Source: Mycobacteriaceae bacterium (GTDB lineage Bacteria; Actinomycetota; Actinomycetes; Mycobacteriales; Mycobacteriaceae). From it: DNA of 42,484 nucleotides. Where the stretch lies: positions 1 through 42,484 of the forward strand of contig JAPOHV010000001.1 of assembly GCA_029979305.1 (NCBI GenBank), given 5' to 3'. The notes below the pieces were generated by a model. That model did not search any database, was not told where the DNA came from, and saw only the letters and a list, made by a program, of their open reading frames with translations. Below are positions 9,766 to 19,684 of the stretch, in pieces. Every line of letters begins with the position of its first letter. The first letter of the stretch is position 1. A program made the translations under genes and the position numbers.

Positions 9766-10962
9766 TCAGCCCAGCGACGCCAGCGTTCGCACCAGGTGGT
9801 CGACCTCGCCCATCGTGGAGTAGTGCGCCAACCCGAGCGTGACCGCTCCGCCGATCTCGTCGACGCCGAGTGCGTCCAGCACTCGTGATGAGGACCGCCC
9901 GATCGCGAGGACACCGTTGTCGGCGAGGCGCTGCACCACCCGGCCGGCCGGCACCCCGGACACCACGATGCTGGCGACCGGAATGCCTTGCGGCGGTTCG
10001 CCGAGCACGGTCACCAGCGGTAGTGAACTCAGAGCGGACATCAGATAGTCGAAAAGCTCGTCCAAATAGATCCGCGCGGAATCCATTGAATACGAGAGTT
10101 TTTCGCGCCTTCCGCCCTGGGCGGCCTCGTCCAGGCCGGCCAGGTAATCGATGCTCGACACCACCCCCGCCAGTAAGCCGTACTGGTGCAGGCCGAGTTC
10201 CAGGCGGGCCGCACCGACGGCACCGGCGACGGTCGACACCGAACCGAACGTGTCGATGAGGCCCGGGTCGCGGAACACCAGTGCCCCGATCGGCGGCCCG
10301 CCCCAGGCGGCCGCGTTGACGGCCACCACATCGGCGTGCACCTCGGCGATGTCGAGCAGCCGGTACGGCGCGGCGGCGCAATGATCGACGACGACCAGTC
10401 CGCCGGCGTCGTGCACCCGCTCGGTGACCGCGCCGACATCGACGACGGTGCCCAGTGTCGAGGAGGCCGAGGGGATCGCGACCAGCGCGGTGCGCGCGGT
10501 GAGCAGGTCATCCCACTGCGACACCGGCATCTCGCCGCTCTCGATGTCGACCTCCGCCCAGCGGACCAGCCCGCCCTGCCGGTCGGCGACCCGCAGCCAG
10601 GGGGCGATGTTGGCTTCCTCGCCGAGGCGGCTGACCACCAGTTCGCTGCCCAGGCCCGCGCGGGTGGCGGACGCCTCCGCCAGGCAGGCCAGCAGCACGG
10701 CCCGGTCGGCGCCCAGCACCACCCCGGCCGGGTCGGCATTGAGCAGATCGGCCACCGCTCGCCGGGCGGCGTCGAGCAGGGCGACCCCGCGCCGGGCCGC
10801 CGGGTGCGGACTGGCTGTGTTGGCCGCGACGTTGCGGAACGCGGTCGAGACGGTGGTTGCCACCGTCTCCGGGACCGCCATGCCCGCCGGGGCGTCGAAG
10901 CGCATCCATCCGTCGCTCAGCGAGGGGTGCAGACCGCGCACGCGCGCGACGTCGTACGCCAT
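9766..10962 (-). CDS. Cysteine desulfurase-like class V aminotransferase homologue (Rv3778c-like)
   Basis: [16 protein letters not shown]-terminus, class V fold motifs; PLP-lysine motif degenerate (VNAAAWGGP). Confidence 0.85.
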   Translation of the reverse strand: MAYDVARVRGLHPSLSDGWMRFDAPAGMAVPETVATTVSTAFRNVAANTASPHPAARRGVALLDAARRAVADLLNADPAGVVLGADRAVLLACLAEASATRAGLGSELVVSRLGEEANIAPWLRVADRQGGLVRWAEVDIESGEMPVSQWDDLLTARTALVAIPSASSTLGTVVDVGAVTERVHDAGGLVVVDHCAAAPYRLLDIAEVHADVVAVNAAAWGGPPIGALVFRDPGLIDTFGSVSTVAGAVGAARLELGLHQYGLLAGVVSSIDYLAGLDEAAQGGRREKLSYSMDSARIYLDELFDYLMSALSSLPLVTVLGEPPQGIPVASIVVSGVPAGRVVQRLADNGVLAIGRSSSRVLDALGVDEIGGAVTLGLAHYSTMGEVDHLVRTLASLG

Positions 10963-11047
10963 CGCTCCACCTTCGAACCGCGTAAGTCGCGGAAAAGCCG
11001 TATAACCCGGCCGACGGCAATCGTGACCGCGTCCCCATACTAGGGCA

Positions 11048-13009
11048 GTGAACTTCGGCGCCGGGGTGCTGTCGGCCGTCCTGCTGCTGGTCGCACCCGG
11101 TGCAGCGGTGGGCCGCGCCGGCGGGCTGCGATGGCCGTTCGCCGCGGCTGCCGGCCCCGCGTTGACCTACGGGGTGGTGGGCCTGGCGATCGTCCCGATG
11201 GGCGCACTGGGCATCCGGTGGGACGCTCGGAGCGCCGCGGTCGTCCTGGCGGTGACGGTGACTGTGCTTGCGGGCTACCGGTTTTTACCTCGCATCCGCC
11301 GGCCCGGCGCCGACGGTCGCGCGACGCGGCCGGACTGGCCCGCCGTGGCCGCCGGGGCCGGCGTCGTGCTGGGCGCGATGATGATCGGCTACGCGGCCTG
11401 GCGGGGAATGCCGCACTGGCAGTCCGTCCCGAGCAACTGGGATTCGGTGTGGCACGCCAACACCATCCGGTGGATCCTCGACACCGGACAGGCCTCACCG
11501 ACCCACATGGGCGATCTGCGCAACGTCGAGACCCACGCCCGGCTGTACTACCCGTCGGCGTTCCACGCGCTGGCCGCGGTGCTGGCCCAGTTGACCGGGG
11601 CGGCGCCCACGACCGCCTACACGCTGAGCTCGCTGGCGGCGGCGATGTGGCTGTTCGGGCTCAGCGCCGCGATGCTGACCTGGAAGCTGCTGGCCGGCCG
11701 AACCACCCGCTGGCGGATGGCGGGTGCATCGGCGACCGCCGCCGGCCTGGCGGCGTCGTTCACCGCGGTGCCCTACGTCGAGTTCGACACGGCCTCGATG
11801 CCCAACATGGCCGGGTACGGCATCGCCGTGCCGGCGTTCGTGATCATCACCTCCAGCCTGGCTCACCGTGACCGCATACCACTGGCGATACTCGCGGTGG
11901 TCGCGGTGTTCTCCGTGCACATCACCGCCGGAGTGGTCCTGGTGACCTTCACCGGCATGTGGTGGCTGTTCGACGCGCTGATCCGTCCGGTGCGCGGACG
12001 GCTCGGCGACTTCGCGACACTGGCGGGTGTCGCAGCGGCTTCGCTGTTGGCCCTGCTGCCGCAGTTCCTCGGCGTGGTGGCGCAGGCCGAGATCATCGCC
12101 GGCCATGCCTTCCTCACCTACGAAGGACGGCGGAAAGCGTTGCTGGACGCGGTTTTCCAGCACACCCGCCACCTCAACGACTTCCCGGTCCAGTACATCC
12201 TGATCCTGCTCGCCGGTGTCGGTTTCCTGCTTCTTCTGTTCCGGCGGATCTGGTGGCCGGCCGCGGTGTGGCTGCTTCTGGTCGCGGCGATCGTGTACTC
12301 CTCGGCGCCGTTCGGCGGCCCCCTCGGCGCGGTCATCCGCATCTACAGCGACCTGTTCTACAGCGACCCGCGCCGGTTGTCGGGCGTCGTCACGCTGCTG
12401 TTGACGCCGATGGCCGGACTGGCGCTGTTCTGGGCGGCGCTGCTGGCGATCGGCGGGCTCAAGCGGCTGACCCGTGGGCGGGCGGCACCGGACAGCGGGT
12501 GGTGGACCGCTGCGACGGCGGCCCTGCTCACCGTGGCGTGCGCCGGACTCGCCTGGCACTACCTTCCCCGGCACCGGTTCCTGATGGGCGACAAGTACGA
12601 CCGCGTCATCGTCGACCAGCAGGACCTGGACGCGTTCGCCCGGCTGGCCGCACTCCCGGGAGCCCGCGACACTCTGATCGCCAACGCCAACGTCGACGGC
12701 ACCGCCTGGATGTACGCCGTGGCCGACCTGCATCCGCTGTGGACCCACTACGACTACCCGGTGCAGCAGGGTCCCGGCCCGAACCGCTTCATCATCTGGG
12801 CCTACGCCGACGACGCCGACCAGGATCCCCGCGTGGCCGAGGCCGTACGGGCACTCAATATCAAATACCTGCTCGTCAGCACACCCGTTGTCCGGGGTTT
12901 CGTGATGCCGGACGGGCTAGTGTCACTGGACAAGTCCAAATCGTGGGCCAAGATCTACGACAACGGCGGCGCCCGCATCTACCAGTGGCGTGGCGCGCCG
13001 CCGGGTTAG
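11048..13009 (+). CDS. Polytopic GT-C membrane protein, Rv3779-like (arabinogalactan galactosaminyl transferase)
   Basis: Many TM segments, [22 protein letters not shown]; position between the Rv3778c homologue and bpa. Confidence 0.82.
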   Translation: MNFGAGVLSAVLLLVAPGAAVGRAGGLRWPFAAAAGPALTYGVVGLAIVPMGALGIRWDARSAAVVLAVTVTVLAGYRFLPRIRRPGADGRATRPDWPAVAAGAGVVLGAMMIGYAAWRGMPHWQSVPSNWDSVWHANTIRWILDTGQASPTHMGDLRNVETHARLYYPSAFHALAAVLAQLTGAAPTTAYTLSSLAAAMWLFGLSAAMLTWKLLAGRTTRWRMAGASATAAGLAASFTAVPYVEFDTASMPNMAGYGIAVPAFVIITSSLAHRDRIPLAILAVVAVFSVHITAGVVLVTFTGMWWLFDALIRPVRGRLGDFATLAGVAAASLLALLPQFLGVVAQAEIIAGHAFLTYEGRRKALLDAVFQHTRHLNDFPVQYILILLAGVGFLLLLFRRIWWPAAVWLLLVAAIVYSSAPFGGPLGAVIRIYSDLFYSDPRRLSGVVTLLLTPMAGLALFWAALLAIGGLKRLTRGRAAPDSGWWTAATAALLTVACAGLAWHYLPRHRFLMGDKYDRVIVDQQDLDAFARLAALPGARDTLIANANVDGTAWMYAVADLHPLWTHYDYPVQQGPGPNRFIIWAYADDADQDPRVAEAVRALNIKYLLVSTPVVRGFVMPDGLVSLDKSKSWAKIYDNGGARIYQWRGAPPG

Positions 13010-13030
13010 AGGAATGGGAACGCGCAGCGC

Positions 13031-13525
13031 ATGACAGCCAACAGCGACGACGACATCGAGATCATCCCGAGCCAGTCGAACGACGGCGACGGCGAGCAGC
13101 GGTCGATCACCGACCTGGTGGAGCAGCCCGCCAAGGTGATGCGCATCGGGACGATGATCAAGCAGCTGCTGGAGGAGGTGAAGGCCGCGCCGCTCGACGA
13201 CGCCAGCCGCAGCCGGCTGCGCGAGATCCACGCCACCAGCATCCGCGAGCTCGAGGACGGCCTGGCTCCGGAATTGCGCGAGGAACTGCAGCGGCTGGCA
13301 CTGCCGTTCTCGGAGGACTCAGTGCCCTCGGATGCCGAGCTGCGGATCGCCCAGGCGCAACTGGTCGGCTGGCTGGAGGGTCTGTTCCACGGGATCCAGA
13401 CGGCGCTGTTCGCCCAGCAGATGGCGGCGCGCGCGCAACTTGAGCAGATGCGCCAGGGCGCGCTGCCGCCGGGTATGCCCCAGCCCGGGGGGAACCCCGG
13501 CCACGGAACCGGCCAGTACCTCTAG
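13031..13525 (+). CDS. bpa: Bacterial proteasome activator Bpa/PafE (Rv3780)
   Basis: VEQPAKVMRIGTMIKQLLEEV, ELRIAQAQLVGWLEGLFHGIQ, C-terminal GQYL proteasome-docking motif. Confidence 0.96.
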   Translation: MTANSDDDIEIIPSQSNDGDGEQRSITDLVEQPAKVMRIGTMIKQLLEEVKAAPLDDASRSRLREIHATSIRELEDGLAPELREELQRLALPFSEDSVPSDAELRIAQAQLVGWLEGLFHGIQTALFAQQMAARAQLEQMRQGALPPGMPQPGGNPGHGTGQYL

Positions 13526-13534
13526 ACGGCCGCG

Positions 13535-14350
13535 GTGATAACAGACCCCTTCATCGAGACCCGCAACGCCTGGGTCGAGTTCCCCATCTTCGACGCCAAG
13601 ACCCGGTCGCTGAAGAAGACGTTCCTGGGAAAGGCCGGCGGGGCGATAGGGCGAAACACCGACAACGTCGTCGTCATCGAGGCACTGCGCGACATCACCA
13701 TGACCCTGAAGGTGGGCGACCGGGTCGGTCTGGTCGGGCATAACGGCGCCGGCAAGTCCACTCTGCTGCGGCTGCTGTCGGGGATCTACGAGCCCACCCG
13801 CGGACGAACCGTCCTGCGGGGCCGCGTCGCGCCGGTTTTCGACCTCGGGGTCGGGATGGACCCGGAGATCACCGGCTACGAGAACATCATCATCCGCGGG
13901 CTGTTCCTCGGCCAGAGCCGCAAGCAGATGGCCGCCAAGGTTGACGAGATCGCCGAGTTCACCGAACTCGGCGAGTACCTGTCGATGCCGCTGCGCACCT
14001 ATTCGACGGGCATGCGGGTGCGGCTGGCGATGGGCGTGGTCACCAGTATCGACCCGGAGATCCTGCTGCTCGACGATGGCATCGGTGCGGTCGACGCGGA
14101 GTTCCTCGCCAAAGCGCGGACCAGGTTGCAGGCGCTGGTCGAGCGGTCCGGGATCCTGGTATTCGCAAGCCATTCCAACGAGTTCCTGGCGCGGCTGTGC
14201 AAGACGGCGATGTGGATCGACCACGGCAGCGTCCGCCTCGAGGGAAGCATCGAGGAGGTGGTGCGGGCCTACGAGGGCGAGGACGCCGCACGGCACGTCC
14301 GCGAGGTGATCGCCGAACACGCCGGCGAGTGGACGGACACCGGCCCGTGA
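13535..14350 (+). CDS. wzt: Galactan export ABC transporter ATPase (Rv3781, rfbE)
   Basis: Walker A GHNGAGKST, YSTGM signature, Walker B ILLLDD (variant), ASH switch; operon with glfT1 and wzm. Confidence 0.92.
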   Translation: MITDPFIETRNAWVEFPIFDAKTRSLKKTFLGKAGGAIGRNTDNVVVIEALRDITMTLKVGDRVGLVGHNGAGKSTLLRLLSGIYEPTRGRTVLRGRVAPVFDLGVGMDPEITGYENIIIRGLFLGQSRKQMAAKVDEIAEFTELGEYLSMPLRTYSTGMRVRLAMGVVTSIDPEILLLDDGIGAVDAEFLAKARTRLQALVERSGILVFASHSNEFLARLCKTAMWIDHGSVRLEGSIEEVVRAYEGEDAARHVREVIAEHAGEWTDTGP

Positions 14351-15246
14351 GCGAGATGATCTGCGCCGTCGTCGTCACCCACCGCAGGCCCGAGGAACTC
14401 GCGAAGTCGCTGGACGTCGTGACCGGCCAGAGCCGGATGATCGACCACCTGATCGTCGTCGACAACGACGACAGCGAGCAGGTTCGCGAGATCGTCGCGG
14501 CCCAGTCGGTACCCAGCACCTACCTGGGTTCGCGCCGTAACCTGGGCGGCGCAGGCGGATTCGCGCTGGGCATGCTGCATGCGCTGGCGCTGGGGGCGGA
14601 CTGGGTCTGGCTGGCCGACGATGACGGCCGGCCGCGTGACAGCGAGGTGCTGGCGACCCTGCTGGCCTGCGCTCACAGGCATCAGCTGGCCGAGGTGTCA
14701 CCGATGGTGTGCGCCATGGACCACCCTGACCGGCTCGCCTTCCCGCTGCGTCGCGGCCTGGTGTGGCGGCGGCGCACCGATGAACTGCGCACCGGCGGCC
14801 CCGTACAGGATCTGCTGCCGGGTATCGCGTCGCTGTTCAACGGAGCGCTTTTCCGGGCGGAAACGATTGAGGCGGTGGGTGTTCCGGATCTTCGGCTGTT
14901 CGTGCGCGGTGACGAGGTGGACGTCCACCGGCGGCTGGTTCGCAGCGGCCTGCCGTTCGGAACCTGCCTGGACACCGTCTACCTGCACCCGTACGGCAGC
15001 GACGAGTTCAAGCCGATCCTGGGCGGACGGATGCACACCCAGTACCCCGATGACCCGGTCAAGCGCTTCTTCACCTACCGCAACCGCGGCTACGTGCTGG
15101 CCCAGCCCGGCCTGCGCAAGCTGCTGCCTCAGGAGTGGGTGCGGTTCGGCTGGTATTTCCTGGTGACCCGACGGGACCCCGCAGGGCTGCGGGAGTGGAT
15201 ACGACTGCGCCGCATGGGCCGACGAGAGAGATTCACCCGACCGTGA
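14347..15246 (+). CDS. glfT1: Galactofuranosyltransferase GlfT1 (Rv3782)
   Basis: GT2: VVVTHRR, NLGGAGGF, WLADDDG, RGDE, YRNR; GTGA overlap with the wzt stop. Confidence 0.93.
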   Translation: MSEMICAVVVTHRRPEELAKSLDVVTGQSRMIDHLIVVDNDDSEQVREIVAAQSVPSTYLGSRRNLGGAGGFALGMLHALALGADWVWLADDDGRPRDSEVLATLLACAHRHQLAEVSPMVCAMDHPDRLAFPLRRGLVWRRRTDELRTGGPVQDLLPGIASLFNGALFRAETIEAVGVPDLRLFVRGDEVDVHRRLVRSGLPFGTCLDTVYLHPYGSDEFKPILGGRMHTQYPDDPVKRFFTYRNRGYVLAQPGLRKLLPQEWVRFGWYFLVTRRDPAGLREWIRLRRMGRRERFTRP

Positions 15247-16073
15247 CCATCATCGAGGCGGCGAGCCAGTCCAAGACATTCACCCGCGCCTGGGGCGATC
15301 TCATCGAAGGGTTCGGCAAGCGCGAGCTGTGGCTGTTCCTGGGCTGGCAGGACATCAAGCAGAAGTACCGCAGGTCGGTGCTGGGCCCGTTCTGGATCAC
15401 CATCGCCACCGGAACCACCGCCGTCGCGATGGGACTGCTGTACGCGAAACTGTTCAAGCTTCCGCTCTCCGAGCACCTGCCCTACGTGACACTGGGGCTG
15501 ATCATCTGGAACATGATCAACGCCTCCATCCTGGAGGGTGCCGAGGTGTTCATCGCCAACGAGGGCCTGATCAAACAACTTCCGACACCGCTGAGCGTGC
15601 ACGTATACCGGCTGGTATGGCGGCAGATGATCCTGTTCGCCCACAACATCGTGATTTTCGTGATCATCGCGATCATCTATCCCAAGCCGTGGTCGTGGGC
15701 GGACCTGTCGGTCTTCCCGGCGCTGGTGCTGATCATGCTCAACTGCGTGTGGGTGTCGTTCTGCTTCGGCATCCTGGCGACCCGCTACCGCGACATCGGT
15801 CCGCTGCTGTCCTCACTGGTGCAGCTGCTGTTCTTCATGACCCCGATCATCTGGAACGCCGACACACTGGCTGCGCAGGGCGCGGGGAAGTACTGGCGGA
15901 TCATCGAACTCAACCCGCTGCTGCACTACCTCGACATCCTGCGGGCGCCACTGCTCGGTGCACACCAGGAACTGCGGCACTGGGTGGTCGTGGTGGTGCT
16001 GACGGTGCTGGGCTGGTGCGCGGCCGCGCTGGCGCTGCGGCAGTTCCGGGCCCGGGTTCCGTACTGGGTCTAG
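15243..16073 (+). CDS. wzm: Galactan export ABC transporter permease (Rv3783, rfbD)
   Basis: DIKQKYRRSVLGPFW, RYRD, FFMTPIIW, LNPL; GTGA overlap with the glfT1 stop. Confidence 0.93.
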   Translation: MTIIEAASQSKTFTRAWGDLIEGFGKRELWLFLGWQDIKQKYRRSVLGPFWITIATGTTAVAMGLLYAKLFKLPLSEHLPYVTLGLIIWNMINASILEGAEVFIANEGLIKQLPTPLSVHVYRLVWRQMILFAHNIVIFVIIAIIYPKPWSWADLSVFPALVLIMLNCVWVSFCFGILATRYRDIGPLLSSLVQLLFFMTPIIWNADTLAAQGAGKYWRIIELNPLLHYLDILRAPLLGAHQELRHWVVVVVLTVLGWCAAALALRQFRARVPYWV

Positions 16074-16498
16074 CCGGGAACGCTCCCGTGATCGGGCGCC
16101 GAGCCGAACCGGAACCGTCGCGCGCTGATCTCGGACGGGGTGATGCGCACGTACCGCAACTTCTCCGTCGCCACCCACGGGATGAGTCCCGACGCCTCCG
16201 CTTCGCGGATGTCCTCTCCGCTGTTGAGCATGCGGGCGGTCCCGCGCACCACGACGCTCCAGCCCTCGGTGGTGGTGTGGTCGTCGGCCTCGAAGATCAC
16301 CTTGTCGTTCATCACCGTGGTGAACAGCTTGGTGCCCTCGGCGGTGCGGAAGAGCACCGTGCCGTCCTGGACGACGAAGTTGACCGGGAAGATCTCCAAC
16401 TGCCCGCCGAAGGACGTCACCAACCGGCCCAGCGCGACGCTACCGAGCAGATCCCAGGCTTCGCGGTCGTCAAGAACGGTGATCGGATGATTCTCCAT
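16070..16498 (-). CDS. Pyridoxamine 5'-phosphate oxidase-like flavin-binding protein (FDOR-B / Fsq-like)
   Basis: LGRL, IFPVNF, FRTAEGTKL, FEAD, GWSVVVRG, PW motifs. Confidence 0.85.
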   Translation of the reverse strand: MENHPITVLDDREAWDLLGSVALGRLVTSFGGQLEIFPVNFVVQDGTVLFRTAEGTKLFTTVMNDKVIFEADDHTTTEGWSVVVRGTARMLNSGEDIREAEASGLIPWVATEKLRYVRITPSEISARRFRFGSAPDHGSVPG

Positions 16499-16534
16499 GG
16501 GCCACATCGTCGTCTGCGCGGTCGCCGGGACGCA

Positions 16535-16549
16535 AGGGCCAATGGCCCT
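16535..16549. promoter_or_regulatory. DosR/DevR-like palindrome upstream of the flavin-binding gene
   Basis: AGGGCC-AAT-GGCCCT centred 44 nt upstream of ATG 16498; one base shorter than the canonical GGGAC-N4-GTCCC. Confidence 0.45.
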
Positions 16550-16635
16550 CAGATCCGGCCGGGCGGTGGCCGCATCCGTCCCGGCAGCTGACTCCCGCCG
16601 CAACGGAAACGTCCAGGGGTGTCTATATTCACTCT

Positions 16636-17073
16636 GTGTATCCCGACGCCGGAATCCGGCCCTCCTTCACCCTGCTCTGCGACGACGTCCGACTGGAGTT
16701 CGGAAACCGGCTCTCGTTCATGGGGGTGTTCGAGAACCTCATCGTCGAACGCCTGCCCGTCTCGCTGATCAAACTCGTCGTCGTCAACCACTGGGAGGGC
16801 ACCGGCACGGGAAGAACCGAAGTCCGGATCCTCATCCCAGACCGCTCCGCCATCCTGGTGGCGAGCAATGAGCCCTCCGAACTCGACCTGTCGGCGGGCG
16901 GGTCGACCTACAACGTGTCGATCTTCGGCAACGTCGTGTTCTCCCAGCCCGGGCCGTACTGGATCCAGACGCTGCTGGACTCGCAGGTGGTCAAGGAGTT
17001 CGCGCTGATGGTCGTGGACGCTTCCGCCGGCGCATCCGAGCCGGCCGCTGACGGCTACGGGAGTTCCGGATAG
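16636..17073 (+). CDS. Hypothetical beta-rich protein (DUF6941-like)
   Basis: LLCDDVR.E.GN.LS.MGVF N-terminus and F..PG.Y motif; GC3-rich codons; TATATT -10 six nt before GTG. Confidence 0.7.
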   Translation: MYPDAGIRPSFTLLCDDVRLEFGNRLSFMGVFENLIVERLPVSLIKLVVVNHWEGTGTGRTEVRILIPDRSAILVASNEPSELDLSAGGSTYNVSIFGNVVFSQPGPYWIQTLLDSQVVKEFALMVVDASAGASEPAADGYGSSG

Positions 17074-17093
17074 CTCAACCCGGCAACGGCGCG

Positions 17094-17513
17094 TTGCCCG
17101 ACATCGTCCACCCGGCGCCGCTGAGCCTGAAGACCCAGCTGCTGCGTTTCGTTCTCACCGGCGGCTTCTCGGCGGTCGTCGACTTCGGGCTCTACTTCCT
17201 GCTCTACAAGGTCGTCGGCTTCCAGGTGGACCTGGCCAAGGCGATCGGTTTCATCGCCGGGACACTGACCGCGTATCTGATCAACCGGCGCTGGACCTTC
17301 GGCGCCGCGCCCAGCCGGTCACGGTTCGTACAGGTGATGGCGCTCTACGCGTTGACCTTCGTGGTCCAGGTCGGGCTCAACCACCTGACCCTGCGGATTC
17401 TCGATTACCGGGACTGGGCGGTGCCGGCGGCGTTCGTCGTGGCCCAGGGCACGGCGACGGTCATCAACTTCATCGTCCAGCGCGTGTGGATTTTCCCTGC
17501 GCCGAAAGCCTGA
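17094..17513 (+). CDS. GtrA family membrane protein (Rv3789)
   Basis: [25 protein letters not shown]; immediately upstream of dprE1; start uncertain. Confidence 0.9.
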   Translation: MPDIVHPAPLSLKTQLLRFVLTGGFSAVVDFGLYFLLYKVVGFQVDLAKAIGFIAGTLTAYLINRRWTFGAAPSRSRFVQVMALYALTFVVQVGLNHLTLRILDYRDWAVPAAFVVAQGTATVINFIVQRVWIFPAPKA

Positions 17514-17529
17514 CGGTACCCTCGTCACG

Positions 17530-18915
17530 ATGCCTTCGACGACGACCAACCAGCGGCTGACCGGCTGGGGACGCACCGCACCCAGCGTCGCCGAAGTTCT
17601 GACGACCCCGGATGCCGACGAGATCGTCAAGGCCGTCGTCCGCGCCGCCGACCAGGCCTCCGAGGGCCGGCACCGCGGGGTGATCGCCCGCGGACTCGGC
17701 CGGTCCTACGGCGACAACGCCCAGAACGGCGGCGGGCTGGTCATCGACATGACCGCTCTGAACCGCATCCACTCCATCGACGCGGCAACCCGGCTGGTCG
17801 ACGTCGACGGCGGCGTGAGCCTCGACCAATTGATGAAGGCCGCACTGCCCTGCGGATTGTGGGTGCCGGTGCTGCCCGGCACCCGGCAGGTGACCATCGG
17901 CGGGGCGATCGGCTGCGACATCCACGGCAAGAACCACCACAGCGCCGGAAGCTTCGGCAACCATGTGCGTTCCATCGACCTGCTCACCGCCGACGGCCGG
18001 GTTCGCGCCATCACACCCGACGGCCCGGACGCCGAGCTGTTCTGGGCGACGGTCGGCGGCAACGGACTGACCGGGATCATCCTGCGGGCGACCGTCGAGA
18101 TGACCCCGACCGAGACGGCGTACTTCATCGCCGACGGAGACGTCACCCGCAGCCTCGAAGAGACCATCGCCTTCCACAGCGACGGCAGCGAGTCGCGCTA
18201 CACGTACTCCAGCGCATGGTTCGACGCCATCAGCCCGCCGCCGAAGCTCGGCCGCGCCGCGATCTCCCGGGGCTCACTGGCACGGCTGGACCAGCTGCCC
18301 GAGAAGCTGCAGCGCAATCCGCTGAAATTCGATGCGCCGCAACTGCTCACCTTCCCGGACGTGTTCCCCAACGGACTGGCCAACAAGTACACGTTCGGCC
18401 CGATCGGAGAGCTGTGGTACCGCAAGTCGGGCACCTACCGAGGCAAGGTCCAGAACCTGACGCAGTTCTACCACCCGCTGGACATGTTCGGGGAATGGAA
18501 CCGCGCATACGGGCCGGCCGGCTTTCTGCAGTACCAGTTCGTCGTCCCGATCGAGGCGGTCGAGGAGTTCAAGGCGATCATCCGCGACATCCAGGCCTCC
18601 GGCCACTACACCTTCCTGAACGTTTTCAAACTGTTCGGCCCGGGAAACCAAGCGCCGCTGAGCTTTCCGATCCCGGGCTGGAACGTTTGCGTGGACTTCC
18701 CGATCAAGTCCGGTCTGAGCGACTTCGTCACCGACTTGGACCGGCGCGTGCTGAAATTCGGCGGACGGCTCTACACCGCCAAGGATTCCCGCACCAGCGC
18801 GGAGACCTTCCACGCCATGTACCCGCGCATCGACGAGTGGATCGCGGTGCGCCGCACAGTCGATCCGCACGGGGTGTTCGTCTCGGACATGGCCCGACGT
18901 TTGGAGTTGGTGTAA
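17530..18915 (+). CDS. dprE1: Decaprenylphosphoryl-beta-D-ribose oxidase
   Basis: [32 protein letters not shown]; 461 aa; Cys387 and Tyr314 present. Confidence 0.97.
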   Translation: MPSTTTNQRLTGWGRTAPSVAEVLTTPDADEIVKAVVRAADQASEGRHRGVIARGLGRSYGDNAQNGGGLVIDMTALNRIHSIDAATRLVDVDGGVSLDQLMKAALPCGLWVPVLPGTRQVTIGGAIGCDIHGKNHHSAGSFGNHVRSIDLLTADGRVRAITPDGPDAELFWATVGGNGLTGIILRATVEMTPTETAYFIADGDVTRSLEETIAFHSDGSESRYTYSSAWFDAISPPPKLGRAAISRGSLARLDQLPEKLQRNPLKFDAPQLLTFPDVFPNGLANKYTFGPIGELWYRKSGTYRGKVQNLTQFYHPLDMFGEWNRAYGPAGFLQYQFVVPIEAVEEFKAIIRDIQASGHYTFLNVFKLFGPGNQAPLSFPIPGWNVCVDFPIKSGLSDFVTDLDRRVLKFGGRLYTAKDSRTSAETFHAMYPRIDEWIAVRRTVDPHGVFVSDMARRLELV

Positions 18916-19680
18916 ATGGTGCTCGACGCGGTGGGCAACCCCCAGACGGTTTTGCTGCTCGGCGGAACCTCCGAAATCGGCCTGGCGATCTGCGAGCGCT
19001 ATCTGCGCGACGCACCGGCGCGGATCATCCTGGCCGCGCTGCCCGACGATCCGGGTCGCGAGGATGCCGTCGCCCAGATGACGCGGGCCGGGGCGAAGTC
19101 GGTGACGCTGGTCGACTTCGACGCTCTCGACACCGCCAGCCACCCGGCAGTGATCGACGAGTGCTTCGCCGACGGTGACGTGGACGTGGCCATCGTGGCA
19201 TTCGGTCTGCTCGGCGACGCCGAGGAGTTGTGGCAGAACCAGCGCAAGGCCGTCCAGATCGCCGAGATCAACTACACCGCAGCGGTTTCGGTGGGTGTGC
19301 TGCTCGGCGAGAAGATGCGCGGCCAGGGATTCGGGCGGATCATCGCGATGAGCTCGGCCGCCGGCGAACGGGTTCGCCGTTCCAACTTCGTCTACGGCTC
19401 CACCAAGGCCGGCCTGGACGGCTTCTACCTCGGCCTGGGCGAGGCACTCAAGCCCGAGGGCGTCAACGTGCTGGTGATCCGCCCCGGCCAGGTGCGGACC
19501 CGGATGAGCGCCCACGTCAAGGAAGCACCGCTGACGGTCGACAAGGAGTACGTCGCCGACCTCGCCGTGACCGCGTCGGCCAAGGGCAAGGAATTGGTCT
19601 GGGCGCCAGGGGCATTCCGCTACGTCATGATGGTGTTGCGGCACATTCCGCGTCCCGTTTTCCGCAAGCTGCCGATCTAG
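18916..19680 (+). CDS. dprE2: Decaprenylphosphoryl-2-keto-erythropentose reductase
   Basis: [23 protein letters not shown] motif; abuts dprE1. Confidence 0.96.
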   Translation: MVLDAVGNPQTVLLLGGTSEIGLAICERYLRDAPARIILAALPDDPGREDAVAQMTRAGAKSVTLVDFDALDTASHPAVIDECFADGDVDVAIVAFGLLGDAEELWQNQRKAVQIAEINYTAAVSVGVLLGEKMRGQGFGRIIAMSSAAGERVRRSNFVYGSTKAGLDGFYLGLGEALKPEGVNVLVIRPGQVRTRMSAHVKEAPLTVDKEYVADLAVTASAKGKELVWAPGAFRYVMMVLRHIPRPVFRKLPI

Positions 19681-19684
19681 TCCG

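Noticed and set aside
9766-10962. Pseudogenised cysteine desulfurase (no PLP lysine)
   Set aside because: The ORF is intact and the degenerate motif is, as recalled, typical of the Rv3778c family
17082-17098. GGCAAC/GTTGCC hairpin at the gtrA start as a terminator
   Set aside because: Only 6 bp, no U-tract, and it overlaps the presumed start codon; insufficient support
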